Below, piece by piece: positions 25,901 to 38,990 of a DNA stretch of 64,000 nt; the first letter of the stretch is position 1; the number at the start of each line of letters is the position of its first letter. The DNA is from Azolla caroliniana (lineage: Eukaryota > Plantae > Polypodiophyta), in assembly GCA_043228905.1 (NCBI GenBank), contig JBHGNT010000006.1:6262001-6326000 (forward strand). Reading direction: 5' to 3'. The notes beneath the pieces were generated by a model. That model worked only from the letters and a program-made list of their open reading frames with translations, had not been told where the DNA came from and did no database searches. The translations under genes and the position numbers were made by a program.

Positions 25901-26426
25901 TAGAATTATTATAAGAACATATGGGTCTAAATCTAATAGGATTCTTATGAGGTTTAGGAAGCCTAGAAGTAAATATTACATATCCTATAGGCTATATCCT
26001 TTAGTTGGATCGGAACCGGTGCACCGGATAACATCCATATCCTAACCACCCTTTTGGAGAAGTGTTCCAGAATGGACACCCTATGCCTATGGCTAAGTCC
26101 AACCCAATGAAGATTAATATCTATGTTATAACTTATCACTATTGTAAATGATGCTACAGAAGATCAACATAGGCCTATTTTAAGAGTAAGAGGGCCAGCA
26201 ATAATCATGGGCAATGAAAGCTCCTGCAGAGTATGCATCAAAATCATCGAGGTAGCCTCGATCCTACCTATCACGGCCACATTCTTCTCTCAGAAAGAGA
26301 GATGTCTCGATATGGAAGCCGCTTGCAATAGAAAGCTCGATCCATTCAAATCAAAATCAGCAAAGCTATCAACATCATTGCGTGAGGACAATGGCCGGAG
26401 AAGCAGCAACGGCCAAGAATAACGAC

Positions 26427-26526
26427 NNNNNNNNNNNNNNNNNNNNNNNNNNNNNNNNNNNNNNNNNNNNNNNNNNNNNNNNNNNNNNNNNNNNNNNNNN
26501 NNNNNNNNNNNNNNNNNNNNNNNNNN
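26427..26526. other. 100-N assembly gap with duplicated flanks
   Basis: 25713-26426 is repeated at 26527-27215, identical apart from a 25-bp indel. Confidence 0.97.
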
Positions 26527-27532
26527 ACGAGCATTCGAGCTCAAGAAACCCTTGATGAATAGAGAACCTATCGACTAAACCCTAATAGAAACCCAAAACC
26601 TCGACGAGCATTCTAGATTTTGTATGAGGGCATCAGAGCCTTTAAGGTTTTGTGGTTGTAGGAGGAGTATAGGTAGGAATTGGTTATGTAGTCATTTTGA
26701 GGTTTGTTCAAAGATAGAATTATTATAAGAACATATGGGTCTAAATCTAATAGGATTCTTATGAGGTTTAGGAAGCCTAGAAGTAAATATTACATATCCT
26801 ATAGGCTATATCCTTTAGTTGGATCGGAACCGGACCACCCTTTTGGAGAAGTGTTCCAGAATGGACACCCTATGCCTATGGCTAAGTCCAACCCAATGAA
26901 GATTAATATCTATGTTATAACTTATCACTATTGTAAATGATGCTACAGAAGATCAACATAGGCCTATTTTAAGAGTAAGAGGGCCAGCAATAATCATGGG
27001 CAATGAAAGCTCCTGCAGAGTATGCATCAAAATCATCGAGGTAGCCTCGATCCTACCTATCACGGCCACATTCTTCTCTCAGAAAGAGAGATGTCTCGAT
27101 ATGGAAGCCGCTTGCAATAGAAAGCTCGATCCATTCAAATCAAAATCAGCAAAGCTATCAACATCATTGCGTGAGGACAATGGCCGGAGAAGCAGCAACG
27201 GCCAAGAATAACGACGGCCGCGGACGAACGACGACCGGAAGGACAGAAACGGTCAAACAGACAGAGAAATGTCCCTACAGACAAACGATGGAGAAACGGA
27301 TAGCGAAGGCCGGAATGGCCGAAATAACGGGACAGCGGCCGGAGTGGCCGGACAGATGGCTGAACGGCTGGAGCGACGATCAACAGCGGCCGAGACGGAA
27401 ACGGAGACGGCAGAGACAACTGCCGGACAATGATGGAGACAAGCGTCGAAACGATGGGCCGGACGGCGACGGAGCCGGAGAGACACACAAACACAGACGG
27501 ACAGACGACGACAGACAAGAAGATGTAGAAAG

Positions 27533-28336
27533 TGTTAATGTATCCGGTCACTATTTTGTCTTTTCTTTTTTAATAATATTTATTATTATTATTATTAGAT
27601 AGTAATATAAAACAAAACGAAAGTTTTGTTTCTTTAGTAATTATTACCCGTACTTTATTTCTTTAAAAGGGTAAATGTAAGTTACATTTTTTAGTGAGTA
27701 AAGAAAGAAAAGAAAAAAATAATAATAATAATAAAGAGGAAAACAAAACAAAACGACCATTTTTGTTTTTGAGAGAGACAAAGAGAAGAGAGGGTGGAAA
27801 GGAGATATATATATATATGGGAAGAGGTGAGAAAAAGAAAGGCATGAGGAGTGTGAAGCATAGTGAAGCATAGAGAAGCATAGTGAAGCTTGGTGAAGCT
27901 TGGTGCTCAACTCATCTACTCCCAATCTCCTTTCCATCTCCACTACTCAACGTGAGATCTACGCGGCTACTACTTCGACTTGTGGACGTTCTTATCCGGG
28001 TTTTCTTCTCTCTTCTTTTTTCTTTTATATGCTTGAGAGATAATCTTATCCCTTTGGATTATTGTACCATCTTTGTCGGTAGTACTATGCTACACATCTC
28101 TACTTATTTCTAGTATATCTAGAAGTAGAATTTGTACTTGTGTTGTATCTCTTTGGTGATAGTGGATTGGTTTTGGACTTTTGTCCCGTGGTTGTTTCCC
28201 TCATTGAGGGTTTTTCCACGTTAAATCTTGTGTAATCTTTGTTGTGTCATTGTGTGTGTTTCTTGTGTTTCTTTTTCATTATAATCGAGCATAAAACGTG
28301 ACGTGTGTTACACTCTTACGTGTCTATACCTCATCA
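27533..28336 (+). repeat. 5' LTR of the copia element (804 bp)
   Basis: TGTTAATG...CTCATCA; only a handful of differences from the 3' LTR. Confidence 0.97.
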
Positions 28337-28380
28337 AGTGGTATCAGAGCGGAGGTTGTGTTTTTTTTGCTCGATTATAA

Positions 28381-31300
28381 ATGGAGGCAAACACATCGAC
28401 AATGGTTGTTTTAAATGGCACGAACTATCAAAAATGGAAAGGAAAAATGAAAGATTTGCTTTTCGTTAAAAATATGCATTTACCTATATTCGCAAAGATT
28501 AAACCCGAAAAGAAAAATGATGAGGAATGGGATTTTGAAAATGAACAAGTATGTGGTTTCATTCGTCAATGGGTAGGAGATAATGTCTTGAATCATGTTG
28601 TGAATGAAACAAATGCAAAGACTTTGTGGAATAAATTAGAAACCTTATATGCTTCTAGAACCGGTAATAATAAGTTGTTTTTACTCAAACAAGCGATACA
28701 TTTGACTTATAAAGAAAATAAGTCGGTTTTAGATCATTTAAATGAATTTCAAGGATGTTTTGATCAATTTTCTAGCATGGGTATAAACTTTGAAGAAGAA
28801 GTTCTTTCTTTATGGTTGCTAAATACTCTTCTCGAGTCATGGGAAACATTTAGGGTTACTCTAGCTAGTGCGGCTCCTAAGGGAGGTATGACAATGGAAC
28901 TTGTGAAGAGTGGAATTCTAAATGAAGAAATGCGGCGAAGGACGCAAGGAGCAACATCAAACATGGAAGCCTTCGTTGCTGAGAATAGAGGAAGAAGCCA
29001 AAAGAGGAGTGATGACCGAAACAACAAAGGTAGAAGTAGAAGTAAGTCAAAGTCTAAATATAAAGATTTAGTTTGTCATTTTTGTGGTAAGACAGGTCAC
29101 ATAAAGAAATATTGTTTCAAATGGAAGAAGGAAAATAAAGTGTCGAACTACATGAAAGATAAGAAAAATGTGAATGACAATATCGATCTTGTTAATGTTG
29201 CTTCCTCTAATGATTTACTTGTTGTATGTACAAGTTACAATGAAGTTAACATAAGTAGCCATGAAACCACTTGGGTTCTTAATAGTGGTGCTTCCCACCA
29301 TGTTACGTCTAGAAGGGATTTTTTCTCATCTTACACTCCAGGTGACTATGGTGTTGTGAAGATGGGGAATGATGGATTTGCAAAGGTAGTCGGCACAGGA
29401 ACCATTTGCTTGCAAACCAACACGGGATTCAAGTTGATTCTACATCAAGTACGACACGTGCCGGATATTAGATTGGATCTAATCTCCACAGGTACATTAG
29501 ACGACGAGGGCTATAACCATGCGTCTCAAAATGGTAAGTGGAAAATCTGTAAGGGTTCTTTGATTGTTGCGAAAGCAAATAAATGTTGTCACAATGGTTT
29601 ATATCTTTTGCAAGCTTCTGTCTCTACTAACTTTGTCAATGCAGTTGAAAATCAAGATGTTTCAAAATTTTGGCATAAGAGATTGTCCCATATTAGTGAA
29701 AAGGGACTTGACTTTCTAGCAAAAAAGAACGTCCTACCAGGTTTAAAAGATGTGAAGTTAGATACATGTGATCATTGTTTGGCAGGGAAGGCTAAGAGGG
29801 TTTCCTTTAAGCATTCTTCTCTTCGACAAAAAGGTATACTCGAGCTAGTGCATTCTGATGTGTGTGGACCCTTGAAGGTAAGGTCAATGGGTGGAGCACT
29901 TTATTTTGTTACTTTCATTGATGATCATTCTAGGAAGCTTTGGGTTCGAATGTTGAAATCAAAAGATCAAGTTTTTGATGTTTTTAAAGAGTTTCACGTT
30001 TCTGTTGAGAGAGAGACAGGGAAGAAACTGAAATGTATTCGCAGCGATAATGGTGGCGAATACTGTGGATCTTTTGATGCGTATTGTCGAGAGCAAGGTA
30101 TCAAACATCAAAGAACCCCTCCTAAGACTCCCCAATTAAATGGTTTGGCCGAAAGAATGAATAGAACCCTAGTTGAAAGAGTTAGGTGCTTACTTTCAGA
30201 TGCAAGGTTACCTAAATCATTTTGGGGTGAGGCTTTGAATACTGTTGCGCATATCATTAATCTATCTCCTACTACCGCATTGCAAGGTGATGTACCAAAT
30301 AGAGTGTGGTATGGTAAAGATGTCTCTTATGATTACTTACGTGTGTTTGGGTGTAAGTGTTTTGTACATATACCCAAGGATGAAAGATCAAAGTTAGATG
30401 CTAAATCTAAACAATGCATTTTTATTGGATATGGTTAAGATGATTTTGGTTATAGGTGTTACGATCCTGTGGGAAAGAAGCTTATTAGGAGTCGTGATGT
30501 AGTGTTCATCGAAGACCAAACCATTGAGGACATTGACAAGGCGGAAAGGTCAAGTACCTCTTCAGATGGTGACCTAGTAGATATTGATCCAATTCCTATG
30601 ATGGATGATGATACACAAGAGAGTGCCTCGCAACAAGAGGAGCAACATGAGGATGTTGGTGAGCCGTTGATTGTAGATGATGCTAGTAATGATGTTGTTT
30701 TGCCAGAGACAAGTCTTGAGCGGGGGGAGCAACTTCCATTACAAGAGGTGGCAAATCAACCTTTAAGGAGATCTACAAGAGAATGACGATCATCCACGAG
30801 GTATCCTAGTTCTGAATATGTTCTACTCACTAATGAAGGTGAACCGGAAAGTTTTCATGATGTGCAAACTCTTAAAGACAAAGATAGTTGGGTAGAGGCC
30901 ATGCATGAAGAAATTAATTCTTTGAAAAAGAACAACACATTTGAGCTAGTTGAACTTCCTAAGGGTAGGAGAGCTTTGAAAAATAAATGGGTGTTTAAGT
31001 TAAAAAGGGGTGATGATAACTTTATAAAATATAAAGCCCGTTTGGTGGTAAAAGGATATGGTCAAAAGAAAGGAATTGATTTTGACGAAATTTTCTCACC
31101 AGTTGTTAAATTAAGCTCAATACGAGTTGTGTTAGGTTTGGTAGCTAGTTTAAACCTTGAACTTGAACAATTAGATGTGAAAACTACTTTTTTACATGGT
31201 GACCTAGATGAGGAAATATACATGGAACAACCGGAGGGTTTTAAAGAGAAAGGGAAAGAACATTTGGTATGTAGGTTGAAAAAGAGTCTCTATGGCCTAA

Positions 31301-32780
31301 AACAAGCACCGCGCCAATGGTATAAAAAGTTTGATTCTTTTATGGTGAATCAAGGTTATAAAAGAACTAATGCGGACCATTGTGTGTATGTTAAACAATT
31401 TGAGGATGGTAATTTTATTATACTTCTTTTGTATGTTGATGATATGCTAATTGTTGGGCAAGACCTAAATATGATTAATAGGTTAAAAGTGGAGTTATCT
31501 AAAACTTTTGACATGAAAGATTTAGGGCCTTCTAAGCACATTTTAGGTATGCAAATAACTCGTGATAGAGAATCAAAGAAATTGTGGCTTTCACAAGAAA
31601 CGTACATAGAAAGAATCCTCGAAAGGTTCAACATGCAATATTCGAAACCAGTAAGTACTCCTCTTGCCACTCACTTTAAATTGAGTAGGAAATGTTGTCC
31701 AATTATCGAGGAGGAAAGAGATGAGATGTCATCGATTCCCTATGCCTCGGCGGTTGGATCTTTAATGTATGCTATGGTTAGCACACGACCAGATATTGCA
31801 CATGCAGTTGGTACAGTGAGTAGGTATCTCTCTAACCCTGGTAAATCTCATTGGAATGCCGTAAAATGGATTTTACGGTATTTGAGAGGTACATCTAAGT
31901 TGTGCATTTGTTTTGGAGGTTCTAAACCAATTCTTGAAGGCTTTACAGATGCGGACATGGCTGGAGATCTTGATGGTAGGAAACGTACATAGAAAGAATC
32001 CTCGAAAGGTTCAACATGCAATATTCGAAACCAGTAAGTACTCCTCTTGCCACTCACTTTAAATTGAGTAGGAAATGTTGTCCAATTATCGAGGAGGAAA
32101 GAGATGAGATGTCATCGATTCCCTATGCCTCGGCGGTTGGATCTTTAATGTATGCTATGGTTAGCACACGACCAGATATTGCACATGCAGTTGGTACAGT
32201 GAGTAGGTATCTCTCTAACCCTGGTAAATCTCATTGGAATGCCGTAAAATGGATTTTACGGTATTTGAGAGGTACATCTAAGTTGTGCATTTGTTTTGGA
32301 GGTTCTAAACCAATTCTTGAAGGCTTTACAGATGCGGACATGGCTGGAGATCTTGATGGTAGGAAATCTACATCCGGTTTCTTATTTACTTTTGCAGGGG
32401 GAGCTATATCATGGCAATCCAAATTGCAAAAGTGTGTTGCCTTGTCCACTACAGAAGCTGAATACATTGCAGCAACTGAGGCTGGCAAAGAAATGCTTTG
32501 GATGAAAAGGTTTCTTTTAGAATTGGGTTTGAGCCAATTAACTTATGTGGATTTTTGTGATAGTCAAAGTGCAATGGACCTAAGCAAGAACTCAATGTAT
32601 CACTCACGGACAAAACACATCGATGTAAGGTATCATTGGTTACGATTGGCGATCGAGGAGCAAATGTTGCAACTAGATAAAGTTCATACTGATGACAACG
32701 TTGCTGACATGCTAACAAAGGTGGTTCCAAGGGAGAAGCTTGAGCTATGTGCTAAGCTTGCCGGAATGGAGATAAATTGA
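28381..32780 (+). pseudogene. Copia gag-pol polyprotein (gag, Zn knuckle, protease, integrase, RT, RNase H), disrupted
   Basis: CHFCGKTGHIKKYC, WVLNSGAS (catalytic D>N), LVHSDVCGP, IRSDNGGEY, LLLYVDDML, FTDADMAG, STTEAEY. Stops at 30436 and 30784; 383-bp internal duplication causes a frameshift. Confidence 0.96.
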
Positions 32781-32821
32781 TACACAAGCAATTCTCTCCT
32801 TCTGTGACTGGAGGGGGAGAT

Positions 32822-33626
32822 TGTTAATGTATCCTGTCACTATTTTGTCTTTTCTTTTTTAATAATATTTATTATTATTATTATTAGATAGTAATATAAA
32901 ACAAAACGAAAGTTTTGTTTCTTTAGTAATTATTACCCTTACTTTATTTCTTTAAAAGGGTAAATGTAAGTTACATTTTTTAGTGAGTAAAGAAAGAAAA
33001 GAAAAATAATAATAATAATAATAAAGAGGAAAACAAAACAAAACGACCGTTTTTGTTTTTGAGAGAGACAAAGAGAAGAGAGGGTGGAAAGGAGATATAT
33101 ATATATATGGGAAGAGGTGAGAAAAAGAAAGGCATGAGGAGTGTGAAGCATAGTGAAGCATAGAGAAGCATAGTGAAGCTTGGTGAAGCTTGGTGCTCAA
33201 CTCATCTACTCCCAATCTCCTTTCCATCTCCACTACTCAACATGAGATCTACGCGGCTACTACTTCGACTTGTGGACGTTCTTATCCGGGTTTTCTTCTC
33301 TCTTCTTTTTTCTTTTATATGCTTGAGAGATAATCTTATCCCTTTGGATTATTGTACCATCTTTGTCGGTAGTACTATGCTACACATCTCTACTTATTTC
33401 TAGTATATCTAGAAGTAGAATTTGTACTTGTGTTGTATCTCTTTGGTGATAGTGGATTGGTTTTGGACTTTTGTCCCGTGGTTGTTTCCCTCATTGAGGG
33501 TTTTTCCACGTTAAATCTTGTGTAATCTTTGTTGTGTCATTGTGTGTGTTTCTTGTGTTTCTTTTTCATTATAATCGAGCATAAAACGTGACGCGTGTTA
33601 CACTCTTACGTGTCTATACCTCATCA
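32822..33626 (+). repeat. 3' LTR of the copia element (805 bp)
   Basis: Follows the PPT; followed by the TSD GAAAG. Confidence 0.97.
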
Positions 33627-34609
33627 GAAAGAAGAAGAAACACAGAAAATGCATACAAGAGAATGAAGAAGAAAGGGAACATGCAGAAGAGAAAGAGAAG
33701 AAGAAGAACACATGGAGGAGAAGGAGGAGGAAGAAGAAACGACAGGATACGACACATAAAAGAAGAAAAAACAAAGGAAGAAAAAGAGAAGAAGAGGGGA
33801 TGAGAAAGGTGCAGCAAAAAAGAAATGGAAAGAATAGAAGAGAGGGGCATAGGAGAACATTTTAATAATAGGAGGGCATAACAACAAATTTAATAAGAAT
33901 GGGGGTACATGATAGAATTTAAAAAAATCCAAAGGCATTATCAACATTTTAAAAACAGGTACATGATAAAATTTCAAAAACGTAAGGGCATTGTCAAAAT
34001 TCTAGAAAACTTGAGGGTATAATACATCATTTTAAAAACTCATTAACATGGAAGAATTGGACGAGATCGACTCACAACAACTCACAAAATACAAGGAAGA
34101 ATACACATACACACAACGTTTTTTTGAAGACCCGAAGGATGATATCAAAGTTCGTGAGCCGACAGAACGGAGATGTTCGTGTCGAGGAAGATTCGCCGAC
34201 CGAAGGAGATGTTCGAGTCAAGCGTTCTGATCGAGGGAGTCGATCGATGAGAAGGCCGATGAAGTTTCCGGTCGATTAGAGATGATGAAGGCATGTGGGA
34301 TCGACGTGCAAGGCACTGTCCCACAGGCGTGCCATAATGTGTTACCGTACGAGATGTATGGAGAGTTGAGTATAATGAGGGTAAAAGAGTAAAGGGTTGA
34401 TGTGTATGTGTATATGTGTACAAGTGTACAAGTGTAATTGTATGTGAACACATGCACACGTGTGTGCATATGGATAGATACGAAGAGGTGTGAGTGAGTG
34501 ATTAGTGTGAATGGCCAAGGGGGCTTGCACCCCTATGTATCTACCCCCTCTTGTAACTATTTAACCCCTTATGGGGAATGAATGAAACAAATGGAATAGT
34601 TCTCTCTCA

Positions 34610-35685
34610 ATCTTTCTCTGTTGGCCTTGAAGTTCTTTCAAATCATAGATGGAATGAATGTGCTACACGCCGCTTAGAGGCGGGTAAGCGAGCATACTAT
34701 GCATTTGAGAACACATGCAATCTTGGAGATATTAAGTGTTGGGCCATTAAAAAATATCTTTTCGACACTTTGGTGACACCGCTTCTTCTCTATGGGGTGG
34801 TAGCATCCATAAATCTATGTGGAAAGAGTTTGAAAATGTCCAAAAACATTTTCTTACAAAGTTTCTACAAGTTAAGAAACAAACACCCTACACTCTCCTC
34901 CTCCTTGAGACGGGATCGCTTCCCATTGAGATCATGGCCATAGAAAGGGTTGTTGAATATATGCTTAAGGTTCAAAAAAGTCCCTCACATCGACTTCCTA
35001 GAATTGCATGGGAAGCAAGCAAAAAGATCCAAAAGATGCATAAAAGCAAAATCTTGTGTTCTGGTTGGATGCAAGATGTAGAAAAATGGTTTGGTGGATG
35101 GGATGTGAGACACTTGCTTCACGATGCATCACTAGATTCCTCTATAAATGAGGCCTTTTTGCAACGCCAATGTATCATGACATGGGACAAATGTGGAGGC
35201 TCACGCTTCACACATTATACTACACATGTTGCACCTAACTACAAAACCATATTCTTTGCGGAACGGGGAAACCGTACACATCAATACATGTTAGAGCCCA
35301 TACCGTTATCTACCATTCAAACCATTGCTTCCATGCGACTTAGCTCACATGCATTGCGATGTGAGACAGGGTGTTGGGTCACAAGTGATGAGAGTGGTCG
35401 ACTATGCACACTTTGCTGTAAACAAGTTCACGAGTCTAAGTATCACACTTTGATCATATTCGACCATGCTTTCCACATTTCTTTGATCGAGCCCAATCCT
35501 TGCATGAATTCCTCTCACAACCACAATGTGCACTCTTGATTGCAACATTCATTGGTAAAGTTCTTGAACATTGAGAGTCACTACTCACTTTCACATGTAT
35601 CAGGTGAAATGTAATATTTTTGGTCTCATAGGTCATATTTGACCTCCGAAGACGATAATATAATCTATCTATCTATCTATCTATC
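34610..35685 (+). mobile_element. 3' end of a non-LTR retrotransposon (RTEX-like LINE)
   Basis: KKYLFDTLVTPLLLYG, ENVQKHFL..LQVKKQTP..LLLETG, HRLPRIA, MRLSSHALRCETG, RLCTLC; ends in a TAA/(TCTA)n microsatellite tail. Confidence 0.85.
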
Positions 35686-36550
35686 TCTTCCTTCTCTCTC
35701 ACGTTGAACCCCCTTGGAAGGGGGGTAGAGCCATTCTAGGGATTACCCCACACTACTTCTCAACATCATCACCATTTCCATCTTCATCACTGTCAATGTC
35801 ATCATCAATCTTGCAATGCTAATACTCAAACCCACCATTTCCATCTTCATCACCATTATCATTAACCCTAAAACCTGAAACAAGCTTTCTCAAAGTATGT
35901 GCTTTTATCGACTACACATACCACTACATTTTTATCGGTCGGGAGGATAACTATGTTTTTATTTCTAAGGGTTCTTAAAGTTTTAAGGGATGAAGTGGTG
36001 TTTTTGTGTGTTTTACCTTTATGTTTTGTAGGGAGGTAGTGAGGTTTTGTTTATTGTTGAGCGAGCAAGCTCAACCGAATCCGGATCGGTATTCGGAAAC
36101 AACCGGCCGGATCGGGGAAACGGATCGAAGAGCCAGATTCAAGTGGGAACCGGAAGCCTAGTAGTAGACAAAATATACTTTCCTAAACAACTTTATTTAG
36201 CATGATGGATTTGTGCATGGGAAAAAAAAAAGATTCAAGCATTATGGTGGCCATTACGCAATGGATGTATTCTTCTAAAGATTCAACATTTTGTATGTGA
36301 ATAACAATTGGTAAGGTCATGGCAAGATACATTATCTTTTTTTGAGTGGGCACCATCAAGTGATTGAGAATATTGTAATTCATTACAAAATGAATTGCTT
36401 GTTTCTTCTCGAGTGTTGTATTGGCATGGAAAAGAGAATTTGAGATCTCAATTCAATTGTTTATTTCAATTGGGGTTGTACATTTGGGAGGTGTGGTTGA
36501 TAATGAATCTCAAAGGTTATCAGAATTTGAAGATGCCAAATGATGGTTAT

Positions 36551-38291
36551 TGTAAATAATTGGATATTATTCTTGTGCAACGGAAGAGATGTGTGTTATG
36601 TATATTTGTGAGAGGAAATAGAGTAAAGAAGAGAAAACACAAGATAGATAGATTGGAAAAAAGAATACTCAAGAAGAAGGTGTATATTCACAAGTAAAAT
36701 AAGAGATACAAAATGTAGCATTACAAGGAGGCATGATCGACTTAGTATGAAGTAGGAGAAGGGTGCTTTATATAAAGTCACCCTCTCTCTTCATTAACTC
36801 ACTACAACAACTCCTCTCTCTTGGGAAATGTGAAGACTCATAGTCATGGGGATTCGGGAATATAGAACTCATTAGTTATGTGTCATAGAATATGATTCTA
36901 TGACACATAGTTAATGTGTAGAGAGTAGTGGTGTGACCAATGTTGCCTTTTGACGGCTAACATTGCATGTCATGGGAACGGTATTCCAAAAAATTTGCCC
37001 GTCAAATGACGATTTGTCAAAAACATTGCCCTTCAAAAAGTAAATACATCGAATATTTGTATTAAACAATATATTATACCCTTCTATCCTTTACATCTTT
37101 CCAAATTTCATATACACAATCCCATTGTATTTCTTCAATGTGTGGCCCATTCAATGAGACTCGCATTAAATCATCTAAATGTTCTATATTCAATCGATTT
37201 CTTTTCATCTCTTTGATGAGATTTTGCTTAAAGAACTCTCTCACACACAAAATCGTGCTAGATGGAATAACCAGAGTAGCATGCCATAATTTCATCAAAT
37301 GAGGGAAACTATCTTGCCAATCCTTCATTTTGCAAAACATACGCCTAACTTCATGCATAGTATAGCCTTCACAATTTAAACTTAAAATGTCAACAAACCT
37401 ATAGAGTTCCATTTCACAAGCCTTTGCATCATGTAAATTTTGAAGATATGCATTGACATCGACATTTGGTTGTAAGTGAGAAATCAAAATTCTCAACCAT
37501 GTCTTGACTCTTTGTTTTACTATCCCTAATCACATCATCATCTGCATAATGGCATGTGCTGAATAAATTTGTTGCATTGAAGAGGCTTAAGTCAAGGAAC
37601 CTTGCATTTAGTCCATCAATAATCTTTTGCACATAATTTTGAGATAGTTTAATACAACTTTCAAGTGATTCATCTATAAATGGCCTTATTCCCTTAGATT
37701 TTGCAATATTGGGATCGTATCATTGTGACTTGCTTTATCAACATTAGAGAGAGAGAGAGAGAAAGATATATTAACGTATTTTAAGAGGCCAAAATGGCCT
37801 ATAAGACCAAATAAGAGATTACATCTTGAGAGAGAAACAAACAAACAAAAGAGAGGAATGGCCCATGGGCTGAAAATAAAAGAAGCCCTAAGTTTATTTT
37901 CACACTATGCATATGTCCAAGCACTTCTTCTCCTTTATCATGTCACATAACATATGTTTACACATTTATCTTTCTCAAATAAAACTATATGTTATAGCCT
38001 ATAAATTGTAATTTGTAACTACTAATACATGTACTATTGTTTTGGCCTTAACAAAATTTGACGGTATTAACAAATTTTAAACCGTCATTTTTATGTTTTT
38101 ATAAAAATATATACCCGTCAAGATTGACGGTTTTATTTTCAAATTAACCTTCATATACGGTTATATTTGCCAAAAACGGTCAAAACGGTTGTCAAAAGGA
38201 AACACCGTGTGACTCTTGACCTTTGAGTGATCATAGATTCTCAAAGGGTGTGCATTCACACATTGCACTAGGTTGAGCTTGATTCTCAACA
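36551..38291 (-). mobile_element. Solo LTR inserted in the L1
   Basis: TGTAAA...CAACA termini, flanks GTTAT/ATTAT; the L1 sequence resumes across it; same family as 63632-64000 and 54856-55170. Confidence 0.75.
36938..38207 (-). mobile_element. Internally deleted hAT DNA transposon inserted in the solo LTR
   Basis: TIRs CAATGTTGCCTTTTGAC / GTCAAAAGGAAACACCG, TGTGAC duplicated on both sides; hAT dimerisation domain FPHLMKLW..LVIPSST..C.R.F..QNLIK..KRNRL at 37074-37630. Confidence 0.85.
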
Positions 38292-38876
38292 ATTATGTAT
38301 TCCCCTAAATTATGGATTTATTTGGGAGAATTACAAGATATACCATTGTTGCATGGATCTTTGTCATTGAAAACAAATGTTGCACCTTTGGTGGATTGGT
38401 GGTTACAGGATGGTACACACTTGTTATAGGTCGCTCCAAATATTGTATCATCGTGCAATGACATCAATATCTTGATTATTTCCTAAAGCAAAAACAACGT
38501 GGAATGTCTGTAAGTCGATTGCAAGGCGGTGGCAAATATTTCAACGTGGTTGGCATTCCCATTTCCGATTTCATGCAAAGGTATTAATATGGAGAGTCGT
38601 GATGGTGGGCTCCTATTTGGTTCAGCCTTAAAGAGACTAGGACCAAGGTTAGACACTTGTTTCTTTTGCACCATTCCGTTAGAGGACAATACACATAGGT
38701 TCATTAAATGTCCTATAACGTGTATCATTTGGAACTACTTATCGGATGTTTGACAAGTCTTAACTCGTTTTTATTTGATACCTCAACAATGGGTTTTTCA
38801 TAGAATCCTCAAAACGGTCCAAAAGTAACAAGTGGATTTTACATTGAATTAATATAATTGTGTGCTTTTAGGAAAG

Positions 38877-38940
<64 letters not shown>

Positions 38941-38959
38941 AATGGGCTATTTACCCCCC

Positions 38960-38990
<31 letters not shown>

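Larger units (their letters stand above)
27533..33626 (+). mobile_element. Full-length Ty1/copia LTR retrotransposon (Tnt1/Tork-like), young but inactivated
   Basis: TG...CA LTRs 27533-28336 and 32822-33626, 5-bp TSD GAAAG (27528-27532, 33627-33631), PBS TGGTATCAGAGC (tRNA-iMet, 28339-28350), PPT GAGGGGGAGA (32811-32820). Confidence 0.98.
36170..38870 (+). mobile_element. Degenerate L1 LINE 3' region (zf-RVT), host of nested insertions
   Basis: Homologous to 40225-42800; TCFFCTIPLEDNTHRFIKC zinc-binding motif. Confidence 0.8.
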
